Shown here one piece after another: positions 20,066-28,300 of a stretch of 64,000 nucleotides of DNA; positions within the stretch are counted from its first letter, which is position 1; each line of letters starts with the position of its first letter. Source of the DNA: a virus; IMG/VR virus record IMGVR_UViG_3300022074_000002, one strand, 5' to 3'. The notes below the pieces were generated by a model. The model made no database searches and was not told where the DNA came from. It was given only the letters and a program-made list of their open reading frames with translations. The translations under genes were made by a program, and so were the position numbers.

Positions 20066-20453
20066 GATAGAATTTGAACACAGTTGGGGTGGTAAAGAAA
20101 CAACCTTACAAAAAATTAAGAAGTGGATCAATAAACAGAAACCACCTTTTAATATTATTCTTAAATATCTTTTTTCATACATAGAAAAATGGTACTGGGA
20201 TGGTAAAGTTCTACAAACTATGGCAGGAGTTGATCTAGAAACTAAAAAACTACATGAACAATGGGATAAAGATGACAAACAAATCACCCCACACATCGTG
20301 GAGAAAGGAGTACTTGGAGATGAAGGCTGGTCTATCGAAATATCAAATCCAATTGTTGAACGAGGGACCTCAACAACTAGCACAGGCATGGTTACTGGGA
20401 GCGATGCACAACGACTACAAGAAGATGAAGGGGATAAAGGAACCACCCTATAG
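20058..20453 (+). CDS. Hypothetical protein
   Basis: 131 aa; overlaps the pebS stop; its 3' half overlaps the next ORF in another frame. Confidence 0.55.
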   Translation: MPKIEFEHSWGGKETTLQKIKKWINKQKPPFNIILKYLFSYIEKWYWDGKVLQTMAGVDLETKKLHEQWDKDDKQITPHIVEKGVLGDEGWSIEISNPIVERGTSTTSTGMVTGSDAQRLQEDEGDKGTTL

Positions 20454-20505
20454 AGAGTCAGGATATCAAACTACAATGAAGGAATTTTTTGCTCGATGGA
20501 AGTAA
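20272..20505 (+). CDS. Hypothetical protein in the +1 frame of the previous gene
   Basis: MTNKSPHTSWRKEYLEMKAGLSK...; ends overlapping the pcyA start. Confidence 0.55.
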   Translation: MTNKSPHTSWRKEYLEMKAGLSKYQIQLLNEGPQQLAQAWLLGAMHNDYKKMKGIKEPPYRESGYQTTMKEFFARWK

Positions 20506-21179
20506 TTGAAGATCTAATAAAAATAATACAGAAACATCAGAGGACTCTACCAAATGTAGAACCTCTTGATGTTGATTCTGAGTTTGAATCTGTACTACAT
20601 GATACTGATGATGGCAAACTTGATATCAAAAATGAGATGTACTATTGTACTGGACTTAGGAAGGTGCATATAGAGATTGCTAAACTAGGTAATCTAAACA
20701 TAGTACATTGTATATGGTATCCTGATCCAGAGTTTGACTTACCTATTTTTGGTGTAGATATAGTTGCAGTAAAAGATATAGTTAGTGCTGCCATCACAGA
20801 CATATCTCCTGTAGATGGTCTTGAACATGATATCTTTGAAGACATAGAAGACATCAGTGACAGTTTTTATTTCCCACACGAGAGAGTTTTACCAGAATGG
20901 GGTGAAGTATTCTCACCATACTGTAAGTTTGCAAGACTAACCACAGATAAAGAGAAGAAAAATTTCTGTGATATTGTAGACCAGTACCTTGACATATTTG
21001 TTGGTGCTGTATGGGGTGCTACTAGAGATAGTTCTAGATCAGAACACAGATACTTTGGACAGATAGAATACTGTCAACAACAAATGAAAAATGATAAGAC
21101 TAAGAATATATTGATAAACTATTTTGGTAAGGAATGGGCAGAAAGATATATGACAGAGGTCTTATTTGACGAACCATAA
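20496..21179 (+). CDS. pcyA: Phycocyanobilin:ferredoxin oxidoreductase
   Basis: GLRKVHIEIA, HCIWYPDPEFDLPIFGVDIV, AAITDISPV, LPEWGEVFSPYCKFAR. Confidence 0.88.
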   Translation: MEVIEDLIKIIQKHQRTLPNVEPLDVDSEFESVLHDTDDGKLDIKNEMYYCTGLRKVHIEIAKLGNLNIVHCIWYPDPEFDLPIFGVDIVAVKDIVSAAITDISPVDGLEHDIFEDIEDISDSFYFPHERVLPEWGEVFSPYCKFARLTTDKEKKNFCDIVDQYLDIFVGAVWGATRDSSRSEHRYFGQIEYCQQQMKNDKTKNILINYFGKEWAERYMTEVLFDEP

Positions 21180-21204
21180 ATATTAGGAGACTTGTTATGA
21201 CAAC

Positions 21205-21627
21205 GTGGCAGAGTACACAAACCCGTGGATTTATAAAGGCAATATTTTTGATTCTGATGACATCGGCGATCACTATGGGTTCGTCTATTGCATCACCAAC
21301 ACCATCAATGGGAAGTCCTACATCGGAAGAAAGTACTTCGTGCAAAAAAGAAAACCCAGAGGAGGAAAGCGAAGAGTTACAAGCGAGTCAAACTGGAAAC
21401 GATATTTTGGAAGCTCTGACGAACTTAAACAAGATATTAGAACAATGGGAGAAGAGAATTTCCGAAGAGAAATCCTCTCGCTCCATCCAACAGTCGGAAA
21501 AACAAACTACGCAGAGACAAGACAACTCTTTTTAAATGATGTCCTGACAAAGAGGTTGACAGATGGCACTCCTGCCTATTATAATAGTAACATCTTAGGA
21601 AGATACTATAGAAAAGATTATTTTTAA
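21205..21627 (+). CDS. GIY-YIG (Seg-like) endonuclease domain protein
   Basis: GFVYCITN...KSYIGRK and YFGSS motifs; GTG start. Confidence 0.75.
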   Translation: MAEYTNPWIYKGNIFDSDDIGDHYGFVYCITNTINGKSYIGRKYFVQKRKPRGGKRRVTSESNWKRYFGSSDELKQDIRTMGEENFRREILSLHPTVGKTNYAETRQLFLNDVLTKRLTDGTPAYYNSNILGRYYRKDYF

Positions 21628-21632
21628 ATATT

Positions 21633-22280
21633 ATGCAAATTTTTCTAGACACTGCTGATATCAATGCAATAGAAGAACGATACGACAGTGGAATAGTTGC
21701 GGGTGTAACAACTAACCCGACACTTGTTGCAAATCAAGGAATCAATTACCTAGAATTAATACAAGATATTGCAGAAGCATTTCCTGAGATGGAAAGTATA
21801 TCTGCAGAGGTCAAAGGTGACACAGCAGCAGAGATGATAGATGATGCTGCAAAGTATCGTGACATTAGCGAAGCAGTAACTATCAAGTTACCTATGACAA
21901 AGGAAGGAATCAAAGCATGTAAGTATTTTAGTGATGTTGGTGTCAAGACTAACGTGACTCTTTGTTTCTCAGTAGCACAAGCAGCAATGGCAGGAATGGC
22001 AGGAGCAACATACATCTCACCATTTGTAGGTCGTCTTAATGACAACTCATTTAGTGGTGTAGAATTAGTTCGTGGCATTGCTGATTTGTATTGCACACAA
22101 GCAATAAAAACAAAAGTCCTCGCTGCTAGTTTACGTGATGTACATCATGTATCTCGCTGCTTCCTTTATGGTGCAAAGGTTTGTACCCTACCTGTAAAAA
22201 TATTTGATAAAATGTATGACCATGTTCTTACTCGTGAAGGACTAGATATATTTGACAAAGATTTTAAACGCATGGTATAA
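21633..22280 (+). CDS. talC: Transaldolase (TalC/Fsa type)
   Basis: FLDTAD, GVTTNPTL, TIKLP, YISPFVGR, LAASLR. Confidence 0.95.
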   Translation: MQIFLDTADINAIEERYDSGIVAGVTTNPTLVANQGINYLELIQDIAEAFPEMESISAEVKGDTAAEMIDDAAKYRDISEAVTIKLPMTKEGIKACKYFSDVGVKTNVTLCFSVAQAAMAGMAGATYISPFVGRLNDNSFSGVELVRGIADLYCTQAIKTKVLAASLRDVHHVSRCFLYGAKVCTLPVKIFDKMYDHVLTREGLDIFDKDFKRMV

Positions 22281-22525
22281 TGTTTACTGTATACTCTAAA
22301 CAAGGGTGTCCTTTCTGTGAAAAATTTAAACAAATTTTAGAACTAGAAGGATTGCCTAGTCTGATATTAGATTTGAATACAGACTATTCGTACGATGAAT
22401 TCTATGAATTATTTGGAGAAGGATCTACCTTTCCACAAGTAATCATGGATGACATACCTTTAGGAGGTTGTCAAGATTCATTAAGATACATGCAAGAAAA
22501 TAATTTATGCTGTGAAATATCATGA
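22280..22525 (+). CDS. Glutaredoxin
   Basis: CPFC active site, TFPQV, LGGC. Confidence 0.85.
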   Translation: MFTVYSKQGCPFCEKFKQILELEGLPSLILDLNTDYSYDEFYELFGEGSTFPQVIMDDIPLGGCQDSLRYMQENNLCCEIS

Positions 22526-22704
22526 CAGAAGCATTAGAAATTACAAAAGAAGAATTTGATACTAACAAAGATGATTACCTTGATCGTGTAGAGAAAGGAG
22601 AGATTATTATTGTTAGACATCCTGATGGACGAGCAGTTCTTGCTATTCCAGAACAGTGGGATGAAGACTTAATAAATTTATGGAACCATGATGACGGAGC
22701 ATGA
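22522..22704 (+). CDS. Phd/YefM-like small protein
   Basis: KEEF...YLDRVEKGEIIIVRHPDGRAVLAIP pattern. Confidence 0.5.
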   Translation: MTEALEITKEEFDTNKDDYLDRVEKGEIIIVRHPDGRAVLAIPEQWDEDLINLWNHDDGA

Positions 22705-23738
22705 TTAAAATTATAGAATCAATAGCACAGAAAGAACTCTACATGGGTTATATCTTTGGTATTATGATAATAGGCGGTTACATCAGACAGTATCATGTAC
22801 TTGATGATGTATATTCATTAGCAAAAAGATATGTAAAAGATGCTCGCATCATGATTATTATTACATCATTGATAGGAGGAGTCTTACCAATACCTGGTAG
22901 AGTTGCATTGTCAGCACCACTATTGGATGCTATTGCACCACCTGATAAAAAGAAAAGAAGTGAGTTTGGTATTATAGATTATCTTTCTACACATCATTAC
23001 TATTGGTGGTCACCATTAGAGAAGACAATCATTCTTCCTATGGCAGCACTAGGTATAACTTATGGAGAGATGCTAAGTTATACTTTTCCTTTTCTACTCG
23101 TATGCATTGGATACACTTGGTGGTATATCTTTACCAAAGTAAATCCTAGAAGTGTCATACCTGACATGAGTAACATCAGAGATTTTGATTGGAAGAGAGC
23201 ATTAAAAGGTTGGGCACCATTCATAGCAACAATATGGTTCTTGTTATGTGTGGGTAAAGCAGGAGCAATCCTATTCTTTCCTTGGTTTGCTGCTATGTGT
23301 TGTTACTATGCATGGTTATGTAAGGATTGGAACTGGGGCAAGTATATTAATAAACAGTTTGCAATTATATCTACAATAGTTTTAGCACTAGGTGGTGTGG
23401 TAGGATTGATTAAAGAACCAGTTATGGTATATCTTAAATCTGCAACACCAGAAATGATTATACCTGTAACTATTGTATCCATGGTAGCAGCATGGATCAT
23501 GGGATCATCAGGTAAGTATGCAGGAATGACATCAGCACTTGTGTTGATCTTTGGTCCTCAATATCTTACATGGTTTCTTGCTACAGAATACTCAGGGTAC
23601 TTATTATCTCCTGCACATAAATGTTTAATGATAGGTCAACAATATTTTGGTACACCAATTCGTAAATATTATGTTGTCTTAGGACGAATGTGTGCTATAC
23701 TAATAGTATTAGCATTTATTGGCACCTTTTTACCATGA
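22701..23738 (+). CDS. Polytopic membrane protein, ion-transporter (IT) superfamily / DUF401-like
   Basis: About 9-10 hydrophobic segments; GGVLPIPGRVALSAPL and GYLLSPAHKCL motifs. Confidence 0.6.
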   Translation: MIKIIESIAQKELYMGYIFGIMIIGGYIRQYHVLDDVYSLAKRYVKDARIMIIITSLIGGVLPIPGRVALSAPLLDAIAPPDKKKRSEFGIIDYLSTHHYYWWSPLEKTIILPMAALGITYGEMLSYTFPFLLVCIGYTWWYIFTKVNPRSVIPDMSNIRDFDWKRALKGWAPFIATIWFLLCVGKAGAILFFPWFAAMCCYYAWLCKDWNWGKYINKQFAIISTIVLALGGVVGLIKEPVMVYLKSATPEMIIPVTIVSMVAAWIMGSSGKYAGMTSALVLIFGPQYLTWFLATEYSGYLLSPAHKCLMIGQQYFGTPIRKYYVVLGRMCAILIVLAFIGTFLP

Positions 23739-23995
23739 AACTTGAAGTGATCTTAGAACGCTATCCGTACAGGTATGTACAGTTTGGCAAACTAAAAACT
23801 GGTTATCCAGATTTTAGAATACAGAAGTTCAATGAATGGACACGAAGATACAATGACATGTACTTGCTAGATAGTCAAGCACAACTAGATTGTTGTATAG
23901 AAGACCACGAATATACTAAGTGGTTAGACCCTGACCCAGAAGTTGCTGCCTATGGTGGCAGAAAAGATACAGTTACATCCCCTTACACATCATGA
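23735..23995 (+). CDS. Conserved cyanophage hypothetical protein
   Basis: MKLEVILERYPYRYVQ...; ATGA overlap favours the 23735 start over 23690. Confidence 0.6.
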   Translation: MKLEVILERYPYRYVQFGKLKTGYPDFRIQKFNEWTRRYNDMYLLDSQAQLDCCIEDHEYTKWLDPDPEVAAYGGRKDTVTSPYTS

Positions 23996-24306
23996 GCGTA
24001 AAATCAAACGTAGAACGTGCTGAATCAGCAATGAGAAAGGCACTAATCAATGCTCTCGCAGAGGGAGAAGATCAACATCTATGTGAACTATTTGAAATGC
24101 TAATGGCATTACGTGACTTAAAATCACAAGTCAATAACACTATTAGATTCACTGACAATACACAGCAGTATTATAATAGAGAAAGTGAATTTAATCTAGA
24201 CATTAGTTCACATGATAATGTTATACAGTTTCCTACTAAACATGGAGGAGATTTAGATGCACTGGATGATATTGAAATCAACACAGATGGAGACGAAGAG
24301 GGTTGA
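23992..24306 (+). CDS. Hypothetical protein
   Basis: 104 aa; ATGA overlap; acidic tail. Confidence 0.55.
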   Translation: MSVKSNVERAESAMRKALINALAEGEDQHLCELFEMLMALRDLKSQVNNTIRFTDNTQQYYNRESEFNLDISSHDNVIQFPTKHGGDLDALDDIEINTDGDEEG

Positions 24307-24330
24307 CACCCTCTTTTTTTATGCTATAGT
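24296..24330 (+). promoter_or_regulatory. Overlapping intrinsic terminator and sigma70-type promoter
   Basis: AAGAGGG-TTGACA-CCCTCTT-TTTTT then TGC-TATAGT; the -35 box is the hairpin loop. Confidence 0.75.
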
Positions 24331-24335
24331 ATATT

Positions 24336-24517
24336 TGTTGGACGCAACGTTGGGAGTGACTGAATAAACTTACTGGCAACCGCTAGTTAAGGTGATGAGA
24401 CACAGGTGGTGCTGCTACGAAAGTAGAACCGACTCAACCAGTCGGGTCTCAGGCAAGAAGGTTTTTACTCTGTAGTAATGCCCCTTCTTTGTTGGTATAC
24501 AGGATTCCAACCTCCCT
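24336..24517 (+). ncRNA. Structured RNA, probably the manA RNA motif
   Basis: Stems GGGAG/CTCCC, GAGAC/GTCTC, CTAC-GAAA-GTAG, CCGACT/AGTCGG, AAGAAGG/CCTTCTT, TTACT/AGTAA, GTTGG/CCAAC; family name is from recall, not from a search. Confidence 0.7.
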
Positions 24518-24528
24518 CTTTATTTTTT

Positions 24529-24574
24529 AAAGACCTAAGATGCAACTGAGAAGTGGGGCAGATGGTCTTTTTTT
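24529..24574 (+). terminator. Terminator-like hairpin after the structured RNA
   Basis: AAAGACC...GGTCTTT followed by TTTT; internal ACT-GAGA-AGT tetraloop. Confidence 0.5.
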
Positions 24575-24577
24575 ATT

Positions 24578-25039
24578 GTGAATGTGATGGACATAGACGA
24601 GATACAAGCACATAAGTATCCTTTCGCACAGGACATAAATCCAGATCTTCATAGAGTCATTTGTGAGAATAGTGTTACCGAAGATAAGGGAGCATTGATG
24701 ACTCAGTGGAATTGTTTTGATGTAGAAGAGTTTAATGTTATCGCAGACTATGCGAAGAGTTTAATTGATAGACCTACTAAATTGGTAGATCTATGGGGTC
24801 AAGTGTATCAGTATGGACACTATCAGAGTTATCATAATCATATTCATAACGATTGGGCATTCGTATACTACGTGAATACACCATATGGATCTTCACCTAT
24901 TGTATTCAGAACAAGTAACAAAAGAATTAAACCTATAACTGGGATGTTGATATTATTTCCTGGTTATATGGATCATTATGTACCTCCTAATAAGGGAGAA
25001 GGTAGAAGTATCGTAGCGGGAAATTTAGTATACACATAA
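24578..25039 (+). CDS. Putative 2OG-Fe(II) oxygenase-like protein
   Basis: LWGQVY...HNHIH...WAFVYYV...LILFPGYMDHYV...RSIVAGN. Confidence 0.7.
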   Translation: MNVMDIDEIQAHKYPFAQDINPDLHRVICENSVTEDKGALMTQWNCFDVEEFNVIADYAKSLIDRPTKLVDLWGQVYQYGHYQSYHNHIHNDWAFVYYVNTPYGSSPIVFRTSNKRIKPITGMLILFPGYMDHYVPPNKGEGRSIVAGNLVYT

Positions 25040-25042
25040 ATA
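25035..25042 (+). promoter_or_regulatory. Late promoter for the fibre island
   Basis: CATAAATA upstream of 25080. Confidence 0.55.
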
Positions 25043-25079
25043 CTTCTAGCTTAGAGAAAGTGTCTGTAGGACTAGAAGT

Positions 25080-27224
25080 ATGTCAAAAATTCTTGCAAAT
25101 GAAATTGCTAATTACGGTGATGACTCACCGATAGATCTGAAGGAGGGTCTGAATATCCCTGCTGGAAAACCAATACAGACAGCAGGATCGTCTGGTACTA
25201 CAGGACAAGTCCTGTCTACTACAGGTACTACAGTGCAATGGGTAACACCATTTAGTGGAAGTTATAATGACTTATCTAATAGACCAACTATTCCTGCAGC
25301 ACAGGTAAACTCTGATTGGAATGCTTCGAGTGGTGCTGCTGTAATCTTAAACAAACCAGTAGTTCCTCCTCAATCAAGTGTCACTACAGCATCTGTAGGA
25401 ACTGCTGCTCTATCATACAACAGTGGTAATGGAGAGTTTACATTCACTCCTCCAGATCTTTCATCATACGCTACAGAAACATACGTAACTACTAGAGGAT
25501 ACTTAACATCATATACAGAAACTGATCCTGTATTCTCTGCATCTGCTGCATCTAATGTAACTACTGCAAAAATTTCTAACTGGGATACATCATACAGTTG
25601 GGGTAATCATGCTTCTGTAGGATACTTAACTATGGAGTCTGATACTCTACAGACAGTTGTTAGTAGAGGTAATACAAGTACAAGTCCAGCATACTTTACA
25701 GCAAAATTACAATATAGTAATGCGTTTGTAGCAGCAGATATTACTTCATCTCTTGCTACAACTTATGATGGTTTCTTTTTAAAGAATACTACTGATGGTA
25801 ATGCATACTATTCACACAATACTGCATGGAAAAAATTATTAAATGAAGATTCAATCCTTGATAATCTATCTGATGTAGATCTATCTGTTGCACCTACAAA
25901 TGGACAGGTTCTTAAATGGGATTCTGGTACATCAAGATGGAAAGCAGCAAATGATTTAACAGGTGGTGGTGGAGGAGGTCTTTCACTATCAGATCTTTCT
26001 GTTCAATCATCAACAGCAGCAGGAGGAGGTACTCTTGTATACAATAATGGTAGTGGTGTATTTACATATACTCCACCAGATCTTAGTAGTTACATAACAT
26101 CACTAGGAGATGCTATTCGTGATGCTGATTTCACAACCAGTGGTTTGATGAAGAGATCTAGTGCTGGAGTTTATACATCAACTACAGATAATAGTTCTAA
26201 CTGGGACTCAGCATTTGGATGGGGTAACCATGCATCACAAGGATATCTAACACAACTTCCTGTTCATGGACTAGGAGTTCATACTGGTGTAACTCTTACT
26301 AATGAAACAGCAGGAGACTTGTTACAATATAGTGGTACACAATGGGTTAACTGGACACCAAACTATCTTACATCAGAAACAGATACACTACAATCTGTAA
26401 TTGATAGAGGTAATACTGTTACAGGGAAAGATATAAATTTTGGAGAATATGCAGCAAATGCTCCAAAGATTACATATGATGATTCTGACCATTTACTTTG
26501 GTTTAAAAAACAAACTGCTGGTGGTGCTTCTGCTAAAATCTGGTTAGGGAGTGGAGTAAGTTTTGATAATCTTGAACTTAAACAAACCTATACGAACGGT
26601 GGTCAATCAGAAATTACTGCATATAATTCAGACTTATTTTTATCAACTCAATCTACTGGTAAAAATATTAAGATACAAAGTGGCAACGATATCTATATTA
26701 GTAACGGTGGTTATGATGCTATTAAAGTTCTAGAAAATGGTGTTAACAATGGTGCTGCTTTAAGTGTTGAACTTTACTGGGGAACAGGAGCAGGAAGTAA
26801 AAAATTAGAAACAACTACCAATGGAGTTACCGTATCAGGAGCGTTGACTGCTGGTGGTTTGACCTATCCAACAGTTAATGGTACAAATGGTCAGGTATTG
26901 ACGAGTGATGGAGCTGGTAACGTAGCATGGGGAGTTGGCGGTGGTGGAGGTGCTAGTGTAACTATAAGTGACACACCTCCAGCAGCATCTGCTGGTGACC
27001 TATGGTGGGAAAGTGACAGTGGACGTCTAAAAATTTACTATCAAGATGTTGATAGTTCACAGTGGGTTGATGTAGCACCACCACTTGCACCAGCGTTATC
27101 CTCAAACGCCCCTGCTACTGCTAGTTCTACTGGTACTGCGGGTGATATTAGATATGATTCTGGTTATGTATACATTGCTGTTGCAACTAATACTTGGAAA
27201 AGAGCAGCACTAACAACTTGGTAA
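25080..27224 (+). CDS. Tail-fibre-like virion protein
   Basis: 714 aa, Gly/Ser/Thr-rich; repeated FTYTPPDLS, NWD..WGNHA, ETDTL..V..RGNT and GQVL modules. Confidence 0.7.
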   Translation: MSKILANEIANYGDDSPIDLKEGLNIPAGKPIQTAGSSGTTGQVLSTTGTTVQWVTPFSGSYNDLSNRPTIPAAQVNSDWNASSGAAVILNKPVVPPQSSVTTASVGTAALSYNSGNGEFTFTPPDLSSYATETYVTTRGYLTSYTETDPVFSASAASNVTTAKISNWDTSYSWGNHASVGYLTMESDTLQTVVSRGNTSTSPAYFTAKLQYSNAFVAADITSSLATTYDGFFLKNTTDGNAYYSHNTAWKKLLNEDSILDNLSDVDLSVAPTNGQVLKWDSGTSRWKAANDLTGGGGGGLSLSDLSVQSSTAAGGGTLVYNNGSGVFTYTPPDLSSYITSLGDAIRDADFTTSGLMKRSSAGVYTSTTDNSSNWDSAFGWGNHASQGYLTQLPVHGLGVHTGVTLTNETAGDLLQYSGTQWVNWTPNYLTSETDTLQSVIDRGNTVTGKDINFGEYAANAPKITYDDSDHLLWFKKQTAGGASAKIWLGSGVSFDNLELKQTYTNGGQSEITAYNSDLFLSTQSTGKNIKIQSGNDIYISNGGYDAIKVLENGVNNGAALSVELYWGTGAGSKKLETTTNGVTVSGALTAGGLTYPTVNGTNGQVLTSDGAGNVAWGVGGGGGASVTISDTPPAASAGDLWWESDSGRLKIYYQDVDSSQWVDVAPPLAPALSSNAPATASSTGTAGDIRYDSGYVYIAVATNTWKRAALTTW

Positions 27225-27255
27225 AATAAATAAAACATAAGGAGCATACTGAGCA

Positions 27256-28299
27256 ATGGCAATTAATTTTCCCGCAACGGGAGGGCAAGCAACTGACGGA
27301 ACTTTTACATACACTGTAGCAGGGATAACATACGCATGGAATGGATCATCGTGGGCAGCTGCAGGAGCTGGTGCGAGTGCTACTAATAGATCATTGTTTA
27401 GTGTCACTACTAACTCTTCTTCTGGTGGTGGAGCATTAAGTTATGATCAGAACAGTGGAGGATTTACATACACACCTCCAGATTTATCTGCGTTTATTAC
27501 AGGAGAATCAGATACACTGGCAACAGTAACTGGAAGAGGTAACACAACAACTCAAACAATTGAAACTACTCTTGGTAGTTTTAAATGTCAGATTGGTAAT
27601 GGTAATCAAGGATTTTATCTTTATAATGGTGCTTCAACACATGCATCTTTTCATTGGAGTAGTTCTGCAAGTGGAAATTATTTTAGAGGTGATGCTGGTG
27701 GTAATCATCCATTCATTATGCAGGACTTTTCAAGTGTTAGTATAAATCCTGGCACTTCTGGTGTTAATTTAAGTTACGGTGGAAGTTATAAATTTTCCAC
27801 TACTAATACTGGTGTAACAATTACGGGAGCGTTGACTGCTGGTGGCAATACTTATCCAACAACCAACGGGACTAGTGGACAGGTCTTGACTACTGATGGT
27901 GCAGGATCTGTAACATGGGAAACTGCTGCAGGATCAAGAACTACTGCAGTCGTAACAGTTAACATTGCAAACGAAGCTGTATCTAACACATCATTTACAA
28001 CTCCCAAAACATATGCTCTTCTAAAAGTATCAACATCTCATGCTGCATGGGTAACATTATACAGTGATACTGGTAGTAGAACTGCTGATGCATCAAGAGG
28101 AATAAATGTAGATCCTTTACCAGGTTCTGGTGTTCTATCTGAAGTAATTACTACTGGTAACCAAATACAATTAATTACACCTGGCACAATATGTTTTAAC
28201 TCTGCTGGTACAGGAACCACATACGCAAAGATAGTTAATAAATCAGGATCAACAGCGAACATAACAGTAACACTTACATACGTTGTATTGGAGAGTTAA
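27256..28299 (+). CDS. Tail-fibre-like protein, partial paralog of 25080..27224
   Basis: Shares FTYTPPDLS, ESDTL..RGNT and GALTAGG..YPT..GQVL..DGAG modules. Confidence 0.65.
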   Translation: MAINFPATGGQATDGTFTYTVAGITYAWNGSSWAAAGAGASATNRSLFSVTTNSSSGGGALSYDQNSGGFTYTPPDLSAFITGESDTLATVTGRGNTTTQTIETTLGSFKCQIGNGNQGFYLYNGASTHASFHWSSSASGNYFRGDAGGNHPFIMQDFSSVSINPGTSGVNLSYGGSYKFSTTNTGVTITGALTAGGNTYPTTNGTSGQVLTTDGAGSVTWETAAGSRTTAVVTVNIANEAVSNTSFTTPKTYALLKVSTSHAAWVTLYSDTGSRTADASRGINVDPLPGSGVLSEVITTGNQIQLITPGTICFNSAGTGTTYAKIVNKSGSTANITVTLTYVVLES

Positions 28300-28300
28300 T

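Noticed and set aside
21197-21535. Alternative-frame 112-aa ORF over the GIY-YIG gene
   Set aside because: The overlapping frame 21205..21627 carries clear GIY-YIG motifs; this one has no recognisable features.
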